A stretch of DNA of 64,000 nucleotides from Bacteroidota bacterium (GCA_022703405.1 JAKLDT010000002.1:244-64243), one strand, 5' to 3'. Counted from the stretch's first letter, positions 52,830 to 61,037 are shown. A program made the numbers and translations. Notes: generated by a model from the sequence alone, not told the origin.

Positions 52830-54185
52830 ATGATTTCCGAAAACACAAATACCTATTACCCTCATGGTGATGCCCCTTTAGCCCCTGCGTCTTCTAACAC
52901 CTCTATAGCCTCTAAAGCCTCTATTGCCTCTAAAGCTCTAATCATAACATACTACTGGCCGCCAAGCGGAGGTGCAGGAGTACAGCGATGGCTTAAATTT
53001 GCAAAATACCTTCCTGAATACGGGTGGGAACCTGTCATTCTCACTGTCGATCCGGCTTATGCCGCATACCCGGCCACTGACAGTTCTCTTGAAAAGGAAA
53101 TACCAGGCTCTCTGAGAGTATTCAGAACAGCAGCTACAGACTGGTTCAGAATATATTCAGCTGACAAATCGAAGGTTCCTTCAGCAGGTTTTTCAAAGGG
53201 AACAGGCAACTCATTCAAATCGAAACTTAGCAGGTTTATCAGGGGTAATTTTTTTATCCCCGATCCAAGAAGGGGCTGGAACAGACACGCATACACAAAA
53301 GCCTGTGAAATAATAGAAAAGGAGAAAATTGTAACATTTGTTACAACCAGTCCTCCTCATTCCACTCAGCTTATAGGTCTTAAACTGAAGAAAAAATTCC
53401 CGGAACTGAAATGGATTGCCGACCTGAGGGACCCATGGACGGATATATATTACTATGATCAGTTTTTCCCTACAATTTTCTCAAAAAAAATTGATAAGCG
53501 CTACGAACAATCTGTGCTGGAAAAGTCTGACAGAATAATTACTGTTGGCAACATGCTTCTTGACCTGTTTGAAAAGAAGGTTCCCGGGCTGAGATCAAAA
53601 AGCACAGTGATAAGCAACGGATTTGATGAACATGATTTTAATGAGCTTTTAAGCAAAATCCCTGAGGTCTTTACAATTACATACGTTGGCACAATTTCTG
53701 AAAAGTATCCTGTTGACGGACTCATCTCAGCTCTTCATAACCTTACAGGAAAAGGAATACAATTCAGGTTAAGGTTCACCGGAACAATACCTGAAAACAT
53801 AAAGCAGAAAATTTCAGCAGCTGTTAATGTGGATTTCATTGAGTTTATACAATATGCACCACACAATGAAGCTGTCAGTTACATGGCTGATTCATCAATC
53901 CTGGTACTTATTATTCCTGATGCCGGTGATAACAGGCTGATTATTACAGGCAAGCTTTTTGAATACGCTGCAACGCGAAAACCAATTTTGTGCATTGGCC
54001 CGGTTGACGGAGAAGCGGCAAAAATAATCTCTGAGCTTCATGCAGGAGAATGTTTCACTTACTCTGACTCTGCCGGAATCGAAAATTTCATATCAGGTCA
54101 TTTTAATAAACCTGAAATGACTCATTCTGATCCCTCAAAATATTCACGCAGAATGCTTACTGAAAAACTGGCTTCCGTCCTTTGA
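52830..54185 (+). CDS. Glycosyltransferase (GT-B fold, GT4-like); the N-terminal ~38 codons are repeat-derived
   Basis: The conserved core starts at LIITYYWPPSGGAGVQRWLKF. There is no in-frame ATG between 52830 and the core. Codons 15-38 are the 9-nt repeat array. Confidence 0.7.
   Translation: MISENTNTYYPHGDAPLAPASSNTSIASKASIASKALIITYYWPPSGGAGVQRWLKFAKYLPEYGWEPVILTVDPAYAAYPATDSSLEKEIPGSLRVFRTAATDWFRIYSADKSKVPSAGFSKGTGNSFKSKLSRFIRGNFFIPDPRRGWNRHAYTKACEIIEKEKIVTFVTTSPPHSTQLIGLKLKKKFPELKWIADLRDPWTDIYYYDQFFPTIFSKKIDKRYEQSVLEKSDRIITVGNMLLDLFEKKVPGLRSKSTVISNGFDEHDFNELLSKIPEVFTITYVGTISEKYPVDGLISALHNLTGKGIQFRLRFTGTIPENIKQKISAAVNVDFIEFIQYAPHNEAVSYMADSSILVLIIPDAGDNRLIITGKLFEYAATRKPILCIGPVDGEAAKIISELHAGECFTYSDSAGIENFISGHFNKPEMTHSDPSKYSRRMLTEKLASVL
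52872..52943 (+). repeat. Right 9-nt-period array (8 units), the inverted partner of 52357..52430, lying inside the annotated 5' end of the glycosyltransferase ORF
   Basis: The units are gccccttta, gcccctgcg, tcttctaac, acctctata, gcctctaaa, gcctctatt, gcctctaaa and gctctaatc. The reverse complement reads (t/a)tagaggc(t/a). Confidence 0.88.
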
Positions 54186-54193
54186 GATCCATT

Positions 54194-54230
54194 CTATTCC
54201 GGGTTAAATGTCTTCATGAAATTTGACACT
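54194..54230 (-). pseudogene. Orphan duplicate of the last 11 codons plus stop of the flippase gene
   Basis: 54194-54229 matches 54526-54561 at 33/36 nt. Both copies translate to VSNFMKTFNPE*, and all three differences are synonymous third positions. Confidence 0.8.
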
Positions 54231-54525
54231 TTCAGCCTGTAACCTCTACGAGGTATCTGGTCGTTTGTACCATTTATCTTCTACAACACCAGAAGCCCTA
54301 CGGGCTATTTAGAATTTGAGAATATCTCTGATAAACAGTTTCCTGCAATAATTAATAATTATTTACCCATTCAATCGCAAACAGCTTATTCAACTTAAAT
54401 GATTTTCTATTCGCCGTAGGCGATATGGTTCTGTAGCTATAGATTATAAATGATCTGTTTTACCGCGTAGCGGTTACGGATTCAGTAATCTTGTAAAATA
54501 ATTCTTCTATGCTGAAAACACAGGA
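54231..54525. repeat. ~295-nt non-coding element with dyad symmetry and four C-GTA-G triloop hairpins (MITE- or REP/BIME-like, or a structured RNA)
   Basis: The hairpins are acctc-tac-gaggt (54242-54254), agccc-tac-gggct (54294-54306), tcgcc-gta-ggcga (54411-54423) and accgc-gta-gcggt (54462-54474). Spacing within each pair is 51-52 nt. The symmetry centre is at about 54358, in an AT-rich core. The termini are ttcagc...gctgaa. Confidence 0.75.
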
Positions 54526-56001
54526 CTATTCCGGATTAAAGGTCTTCATGAAATTTGAAACAGTAAGCTTATTTGCCAGGATAGCTTTTATTTCATAGAA
54601 AGCTGGTAAACGGAACAAAACAGATATTAAAATTACAAGCGAAGGGAATAAAATCACCTGAAGTCCCAGTAGTAATAATGATACTTTCATAATCAATCCA
54701 AGGCTCCAGGTAATAAGAGCCGGAACAAGGGCAACAAGCATCATGGGAAGAAAGTCATAAAGCTGATTCTTAAGTGAATAGCCGACAAGTTTTTTTGAGT
54801 ATGCAGCAATTACAAGATAACCGGCCCAGTAAAAAATTATAATTCCGGCTATCAGTACTTCAATCCCGAGAATTGCTCCTGCAATAAGTAAAGGAGTGAA
54901 TATTCCATACTTAATTATTTCTGTCTTGAGGAAAAGGTCAGGCCTGCCCTTCGCCTTCATTATATTCTGGTTCACAACATGTATAGGAGAAATTGAATAA
55001 GCGAAACAGAGTGCCTGAAACATAATGACAGACGGGAGCCATTTTTCGCCCAGTATTACACCGAACAATGGCTTTGCCATAGCTGCAAGTCCGAACATAA
55101 CTGTAAATGAAATATAAGCCATGCTTACAGTAATCTTACTTGCATGCTGGCGGAGCCTTTCAGTATCATTTTGCAGTTCAGAAAATACAGGATAGCTGAC
55201 CTTGCTTGTTATTGAAGTAAATGTGCTTGAAGGCATAGTACTGTACTGATCAGCATTTGTATAATATCCAAGTATTTTTTCAGAATAGCTTTTTCCTATT
55301 ATAAGGTTTGAGATATTCCTGTATATAGCTGATATTATAGATATTATAAGAATATTCGATCCAAAGCTGAAATGCTCCATGAAGACCTTCCTGTTCCATG
55401 AAAATACAGGTTTCCAGCGATTATTAGCCCAAAGGACTGCTGACCTTACTGCCTGGTTAATTATGCTCCGCCATACAAGACTCCAGACACCGTACCCGTA
55501 ATATGCAAGGGCCAGGGCTGCAATTCCCGACACTACTGTGCCGGCAAGAGAGGACTTTGTTAGGGTCTTGAAATCTACATCCTTTGTCAGAATTGTCTGT
55601 TGAATAAGTGTAAATGATACAATTATTATTGAAAGAGAGGTAATCCTTGTGATTGGAACAAGTTGCTCATTGTCATAAAATGCTGCAATATAGGGTGATG
55701 CAAACCATATAATCAGATAACAGGCAAGCCCGATTACCATGTTAACCCAGAAAACTGTACTGTAATCAGTTGCAGAGCAGTCCTGCTTCCTGATCAGTGA
55801 CTGACTGAGACCGCTGTCGACAAAAACCTGTGAAATTGAAATGAAGATCGTAATCATTCCAAGAAGGCCGAATTCATCAGGAGACAACATTCGTGCAAGG
55901 AAGATCCCGAATATGACTCCCAGGCCCTGGCTCAGGACACTCTCAATGGAGCTCCAGAAAAATCCCCTGATTGTTCTGCGTTTAAGTTCGCTGTCTGCCA
56001 C
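54526..56001 (-). CDS. Polysaccharide biosynthesis protein / Wzx-like MOP-superfamily flippase
   Basis: 491 aa, about 12-14 TM segments. The N-terminus RRTIRGFFWSSIESVLSQGLGVIFGIFLARMLSPDEFGL is typical of Polysacc_synt proteins. Confidence 0.8.
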   Translation of the reverse strand: MADSELKRRTIRGFFWSSIESVLSQGLGVIFGIFLARMLSPDEFGLLGMITIFISISQVFVDSGLSQSLIRKQDCSATDYSTVFWVNMVIGLACYLIIWFASPYIAAFYDNEQLVPITRITSLSIIIVSFTLIQQTILTKDVDFKTLTKSSLAGTVVSGIAALALAYYGYGVWSLVWRSIINQAVRSAVLWANNRWKPVFSWNRKVFMEHFSFGSNILIISIISAIYRNISNLIIGKSYSEKILGYYTNADQYSTMPSSTFTSITSKVSYPVFSELQNDTERLRQHASKITVSMAYISFTVMFGLAAMAKPLFGVILGEKWLPSVIMFQALCFAYSISPIHVVNQNIMKAKGRPDLFLKTEIIKYGIFTPLLIAGAILGIEVLIAGIIIFYWAGYLVIAAYSKKLVGYSLKNQLYDFLPMMLVALVPALITWSLGLIMKVSLLLLGLQVILFPSLVILISVLFRLPAFYEIKAILANKLTVSNFMKTFNPE

Positions 56002-56161
56002 TTATCTTTATGGAAAGTGAATTACAAACCAAAAGTAACTAAAAATTAAGATACTCTGTGGCTGACTGATCCATATATGGACTTTCTGAGTGTTAAATAG
56101 ATTATCTTTACCATGTAAAACGATTGCATACTCAATCAGAAAAAACATATCCCTGAGAGTA

Positions 56162-57175
56162 ATGGACGGCAAACCGCTTGTATCAATAATATCACCCGCG
56201 TACAACCATGAAAAGTATGTTTCAGATTGCATAAGGTCAGTTCAGGCGCAGGCTTACACAAACTGGGAGCTTTTAATAATTGATGACGGAAGTACAGATT
56301 CAACATTTCATATCGCTGCAGCCTGTGCCTCTGAGGACGACAGGATAAAAGTATTCTCACAGAAGAATATAGGGATATTCAGGCTTGCCGAATCCTACAA
56401 TTTTGCTCTGAGCAAATGCTCGGGAAAGTATATTGCAGTTCTGGAATGTGACGATCTCTGGCTACCCGGCAAGCTGGAGAAGCAGGTAGAACTTCTTGAA
56501 AAAAACCCACAATATGTACTATCCTGGGGCAAGGCATACATCTCTTCTGCCGACCTGTCACAAAACTATTCACTCTCTCCTGAAGACAGTGATGATCCTG
56601 ATCTCTACTTCAACAGGCCTCCTGGTAAATTTCTTGAGAGACTAATGAAATCAGGCATACCGGCACTGACCTTACTTATAAGAAAGGATGCCCTGACAGG
56701 AACAGGGGGATTTTTGCAGGGATTCGGACTTCCTCTAGTGGATATGCCAACACTTGCAGAGCTTGTTATGAAAGGTGAGTTTGGCTATATAAGTGAAGCT
56801 CTGGGGCACTGGAGAATATATCCCACGCAGGTCACAAAAACCTACACAACCGATATGACAAGGGGATTCTGGTCGCTGTTTCTTTCAATCATTGAAAAAT
56901 ATCCTGACTTATGTAACAAGTACCATCTCACAAAGAAAAAAATCAATGACTATTATAAAAACATACTAGTCATAAGCTACTCAAGATCCGGAAGGTACAA
57001 GCTCATAAGAAGAGATTTTAAAGGTGCTCGTGCTGACTATATTTCTTCAATTTTCAATTATGGAATGCGACAACCTCTCTGGAAAACCAGATCAATTATT
57101 GGTTTGATTTTCAGCTACTTGCACACAGACATAGAGTGGCTTGCAAAATTTCTTGGCAGAAAACACTATTCCTGA
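56162..57175 (+). CDS. Family 2 glycosyltransferase
   Basis: The ATG at 56162 gives MDGKPLVSIISPAYNHEKYVSDCIRSVQAQAYTNWELLIIDDGSTDST (GT-A DxD region). Confidence 0.85.
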   Translation: MDGKPLVSIISPAYNHEKYVSDCIRSVQAQAYTNWELLIIDDGSTDSTFHIAAACASEDDRIKVFSQKNIGIFRLAESYNFALSKCSGKYIAVLECDDLWLPGKLEKQVELLEKNPQYVLSWGKAYISSADLSQNYSLSPEDSDDPDLYFNRPPGKFLERLMKSGIPALTLLIRKDALTGTGGFLQGFGLPLVDMPTLAELVMKGEFGYISEALGHWRIYPTQVTKTYTTDMTRGFWSLFLSIIEKYPDLCNKYHLTKKKINDYYKNILVISYSRSGRYKLIRRDFKGARADYISSIFNYGMRQPLWKTRSIIGLIFSYLHTDIEWLAKFLGRKHYS

Positions 57176-57293
57176 ATCACCGCATCTGAATTAAGAAATT
57201 TCAATAAAGAGTGCTTTTTTATCCTTGCATATAAAGAAAAATCTTTTTAATTTAGTATATGCAATCCTAAAATTAACCTTTATTACATTAATT

Positions 57294-58559
57294 ATGAAAT
57301 CATTAAAAAGCCCATCTGAATTATTATTGCTGTTAGTTGCAATAATGTTATTAAGTTCCTGCATAAAGAAGGAAAAACCAGTTGTCAATACAATTATTGT
57401 AACAAACATTACTGGCACCTCTGCTGTTGGAGGTGGTTCAATAACCGATGAGGGTTCAGATCCCATATTATCCAAAGGTGTCTGCTGGAGTAAAAAAGCA
57501 TCACCTACAATCGACAGCACCAAAACCAATGATGGTTCCGGAGCAGAGACTTTTACAAGCAGCCTGACTGGATTATCAGGTGCGACAACCTATTATATAA
57601 GGGCTTATGCCACAAATGCAGCAGGCACTGCTTATGGCTCTGAACTTTCCTTTAAAACACTCGGACAGCTACCTTCAGCCTTACTTCTGCCAGCAACAGA
57701 TATATCCTCAGATGGAGTAAAACTTCATGGTACAGTAAATGCAAATTATCTTTCCACAAATGTATCTTTTGAGTATGGTACAACAGCAAATTATGGCAGC
57801 TCAATAACAGCTGTCCAGAATCCTGTAACTGGGAATAATAATGCAAGTATAGACGTAACTGTCTCAGGATTATCCGGGGGTACTTTATATCATTTTAGAA
57901 TTAAAGCGGAGAACTCATTAGGAATCACATATTCAGACGATCTCACGTTTTTAACACAACTTAAAGATATTGAAGATAATATCTATAAGACTGTAATTAT
58001 CGGAAATCAGACCTGGATGGCAGAAAACCTAAAAACCACAAAATATAATGATGGAAGTTTAATACCGATCTATACTTCAAGTTCTGAGTGGATGAATATT
58101 CAGACTCCCGGATATTGCTGGTATAATAATGACATGTCAGGAAACATAGAAGGTTATGGAACTTTGTATAATTGGTATGCTGTAAATACAGGTAATCTTT
58201 GTCCTACTGGCTTTCATGTGCCAACAAATACTGATTGGAATACACTAATTACATATCTTGGTGGCACAACAGTTGCAGGAGGGAAGCTTAAAGAAACCGG
58301 AATCTCACATTGGATTTCACCTAATTCTGATGCTACAAATGAAAGTGGTTTTTTTGCTATACCGGCAGGTTATAGAAGTTTCAGAGATGGAGCATTCTTT
58401 GGCAAAGGAGAAAATTGTACCTTTTGGAGTTCAACTTCCGATACTTCTGTCGGAGGCGGATCAGTTGCTGTCACCTCATATAATCCAAATGTCATTCTTG
58501 TAGTGACCAATGATAAAAGATATGGTGAATCAGTTCGATGTGTAAAGAATTCCAAATAA
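57294..58559 (+). CDS. Surface lipoprotein with tandem Ig/FN3-like repeats and a C-terminal FISUMP domain
   Basis: The ATG at 57294 gives the lipoprotein signal MKSLKSPSELLLLLVAIMLLSSC. It has repeated ...GTAYGSELSFKT / ...YGTTANYGSSI modules and a C-terminal NIYKTVIIGNQTWMAENL...LYNWYA...CPTGFHVPT...FWSST...VRCVKN. Confidence 0.7.
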   Translation: MKSLKSPSELLLLLVAIMLLSSCIKKEKPVVNTIIVTNITGTSAVGGGSITDEGSDPILSKGVCWSKKASPTIDSTKTNDGSGAETFTSSLTGLSGATTYYIRAYATNAAGTAYGSELSFKTLGQLPSALLLPATDISSDGVKLHGTVNANYLSTNVSFEYGTTANYGSSITAVQNPVTGNNNASIDVTVSGLSGGTLYHFRIKAENSLGITYSDDLTFLTQLKDIEDNIYKTVIIGNQTWMAENLKTTKYNDGSLIPIYTSSSEWMNIQTPGYCWYNNDMSGNIEGYGTLYNWYAVNTGNLCPTGFHVPTNTDWNTLITYLGGTTVAGGKLKETGISHWISPNSDATNESGFFAIPAGYRSFRDGAFFGKGENCTFWSSTSDTSVGGGSVAVTSYNPNVILVVTNDKRYGESVRCVKNSK

Positions 58560-58611
58560 GTATTTACCTGATAATTGCAAACAGAATATTTAGAGTAAAT
58601 AAGAGTATTAG

Positions 58612-58690
58612 AAAAAGGCAACTAACTTTGTGTATTCCTTTAACATGGAGTACTTGCTTAAATTTTAAGAATAGTTATTTGCCTTTTTTT
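58612..58690 (+). terminator. Large hairpin plus T-run downstream of the FISUMP lipoprotein gene
   Basis: aaaaaggcaactaact (58612-58627) and agttatttgccttttt (58673-58688) are complementary at 15/16 positions. The loop is about 45 nt and a T-run follows. The long loop makes this only moderately convincing. Confidence 0.4.
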
Positions 58691-58879
58691 ATTTTAAAAT
58701 TTTTAATAGATAATTCTTTACAAAAACAGACAAAATTCTCATTTAATGGCATTTAGCTTTTATGCATTTTTTTAAATTAATGTGTTTGTCAGAATATTTG
58801 CTATTCATGCCCACTGTAATACAGAAAATGAAACCCGACATTGCTTTTTTTAAAAACCTTTAACAAATTAATAAATTTG

Positions 58880-59836
58880 ATGATCAAGAAAATAGCAACT
58901 GATTATAAATGCAAAATCTGTAATAATGTTAAAGATAATGAACTTGTTACTTTTACCGAACGACATTTTGGTTTTGGTGACAAATTTGAATATGTTGTAT
59001 GTTCCAATTGCAAATGCATTCAAATCAAAACTGTTCCTGAAAATATTGACAAGTATTATCCTAAAGATTATTATTCCTTTGCGGAGCCTCAGTTTCCTAC
59101 CAAACTTAATCCCCTAACCTCCTTTTTAAAGAAAAGTCTTATCAATCATTATCTTGGAAATTTCGATTTATCAGGTTATTTCCTGTCCCTTTTTTTTGAA
59201 CACCCTTTTCCTTGGTTCAGAAAAAAAGAGGTAACTTTTAATTCCAGGATTCTGGATGTCGGAACAGGAACAGGAAGGAAACTTTTATCTCTACGGCGCA
59301 GCGGATTCAAACAACTAACAGGTATTGACCCATATATATCGAAAGATATTAATTATAACAATTTAATGGTTTACAAGAAAAATCTGTCAGAGATTAAAGG
59401 AACCTACGATTGCATTACTCTTCACCATTCATTTGAACACATGCCTGATCCTGAATCGGTATTAGGTGCTCTTGAAAAATTACTTGACCCAAATGGTGTA
59501 ATTATAATCAGAATTCCTGTTGCTGATTGCTATGCATGGTACAAATATGGAGAATTTTGGGTGCAACTTGATGCTCCACGGCATTTTTTCATTCACACTC
59601 AAAAAAGCATTGAAATTCTGCTTCAGAAAACCAATATGTACCTTGATGAAATAGTTTATGATTCAAATGCACATCAATTTATTATGAGTGAAAAATATCT
59701 TCGTGGTCAAACTCTTTTCATGCAAGATAATCACTTTACTAAAAAAGAGATCCATCTATTTGAAAGCCAGGCAATTGAATTGAATGAAGAAAAAAAGGGT
59801 GATTCTGCTTGTTTTTATATTAGAAAGAAAAAATAA
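58880..59836 (+). CDS. Class I SAM-dependent methyltransferase with N-terminal Cys4 zinc-ribbon
   Basis: The ATG at 58880 gives MIKKIATDYKCKICNN...CSNCKC. SAM motif I is ILDVGTGTGRKL. Confidence 0.75.
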   Translation: MIKKIATDYKCKICNNVKDNELVTFTERHFGFGDKFEYVVCSNCKCIQIKTVPENIDKYYPKDYYSFAEPQFPTKLNPLTSFLKKSLINHYLGNFDLSGYFLSLFFEHPFPWFRKKEVTFNSRILDVGTGTGRKLLSLRRSGFKQLTGIDPYISKDINYNNLMVYKKNLSEIKGTYDCITLHHSFEHMPDPESVLGALEKLLDPNGVIIIRIPVADCYAWYKYGEFWVQLDAPRHFFIHTQKSIEILLQKTNMYLDEIVYDSNAHQFIMSEKYLRGQTLFMQDNHFTKKEIHLFESQAIELNEEKKGDSACFYIRKKK

Positions 59837-59844
59837 AAAGTTAT

Positions 59845-60999
59845 TTGCGAATGACTCCAAAGGTTCTGATTTTGTCATTCTGGAATCCGGTCAAAGACAA
59901 TCCCCAACAGGGTATCTTTATCCAGGACCAGGCTGCTGCTGTTTGCAGTTACAGAAAGGATATTCTGTTTGTCAGGGTGAATGTACTGCCCTCCGGATCA
60001 CTCTTTATAAAAAAGGAGATCACTGAATCAGACTTCTTTGGAAATAAGAGTATTACAATAAATATTTCTTCCCTCCTCTGGAAATTTTTGTTTGTGAATC
60101 CATGGTTTCTTGCCCGTACTGTCTTAAAAATACTTACAACAGCATTTCCCGGAATAAAACCGGAAATAATTCACTCGAATGTTATATTTCCATGCGGACT
60201 GGTTGGCTATCTTCTTTCAAAGAAGACAGGGTCACGACTGATTATTTCAGAGCACTGGTCAAAAGCGGTTAAATTTCTTCGGAACCCTGTCCTTGGGAAC
60301 TTCGCATTAAAAGTTTATAACAGGAATGAACAACTGATATGTGTTTCAGGTTTTCTTGCTGAAAAACTCCGTACAGCAACCGGTCATAAAAATGTTATTG
60401 TTATTCCGAACATTGTCGATACAGAGATATTTTCATTCAGCCCGAAAACAAAAAGAGGAAAATATGATTTTACCTGCATTGCATCGTGGAAAGCACCAAA
60501 ACGCCTCGATCTGATAATTGAAGGCCTGTCAGCCTGTGCTGCTGATTCAGAGTTGTTTTTTACTCTGAATGTAATTGGCAATGGTCCCCAGACTGATACA
60601 TTCAAAGCCTGTAAGACTCCGGGCAATCTGACAATTAACTGGCTTGGCTACCTTGATAAGAAAGATATTGCCGGGATACTACATAGAACTGATTTTTTCC
60701 TGCATGCCTCTGACACCGAGACCTTTTCAATAGTAACGGCAGAAGCTCTGTCAACGGGTACGCCGGCTATTGTTTCTGCCACTGGCGCTCTGCCTGAACT
60801 TGTACATAATAAGAACGGGATCCTTGCTGAAAACTCTGTCTCCTCCTGGAGTGAAAAGATCTGTGAAATAATTAACAGAAGCTTTGATAATGAAGTAATT
60901 GCGAGGGAGAACAGGGAAAGGTTTTCAGCATCAGCTGCAGGCAGTTCAATTAATGAAGCCTATAATAAAGTTCTGGCTGATATAGCTAAATCCCGATGA
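59845..60999 (+). CDS. Family 4 (GT-B) glycosyltransferase
   Basis: 384 aa. The C-terminal Glycos_transf_1 signature is FFLHASDTETFSIVTAEALSTGTPAIVSATGALPELV. Confidence 0.8.
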   Translation: MRMTPKVLILSFWNPVKDNPQQGIFIQDQAAAVCSYRKDILFVRVNVLPSGSLFIKKEITESDFFGNKSITINISSLLWKFLFVNPWFLARTVLKILTTAFPGIKPEIIHSNVIFPCGLVGYLLSKKTGSRLIISEHWSKAVKFLRNPVLGNFALKVYNRNEQLICVSGFLAEKLRTATGHKNVIVIPNIVDTEIFSFSPKTKRGKYDFTCIASWKAPKRLDLIIEGLSACAADSELFFTLNVIGNGPQTDTFKACKTPGNLTINWLGYLDKKDIAGILHRTDFFLHASDTETFSIVTAEALSTGTPAIVSATGALPELVHNKNGILAENSVSSWSEKICEIINRSFDNEVIARENRERFSASAAGSSINEAYNKVLADIAKSR

Positions 61000-61037
61000 A
61001 CTGAATATTTTTGTCACTAAACAAAGCATTTATTCAA

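Noticed and set aside
54231-54525. Invertible promoter (phase-variation switch) for the polysaccharide locus
   Set aside because: The element lies between the 3' ends of two convergent genes, so a promoter in either orientation would only make antisense RNA. There is no exact TAnnTTTG box on either strand, and no invertase gene is nearby. The long arms and internal hairpins fit a MITE- or REP-like element or a structured RNA better.
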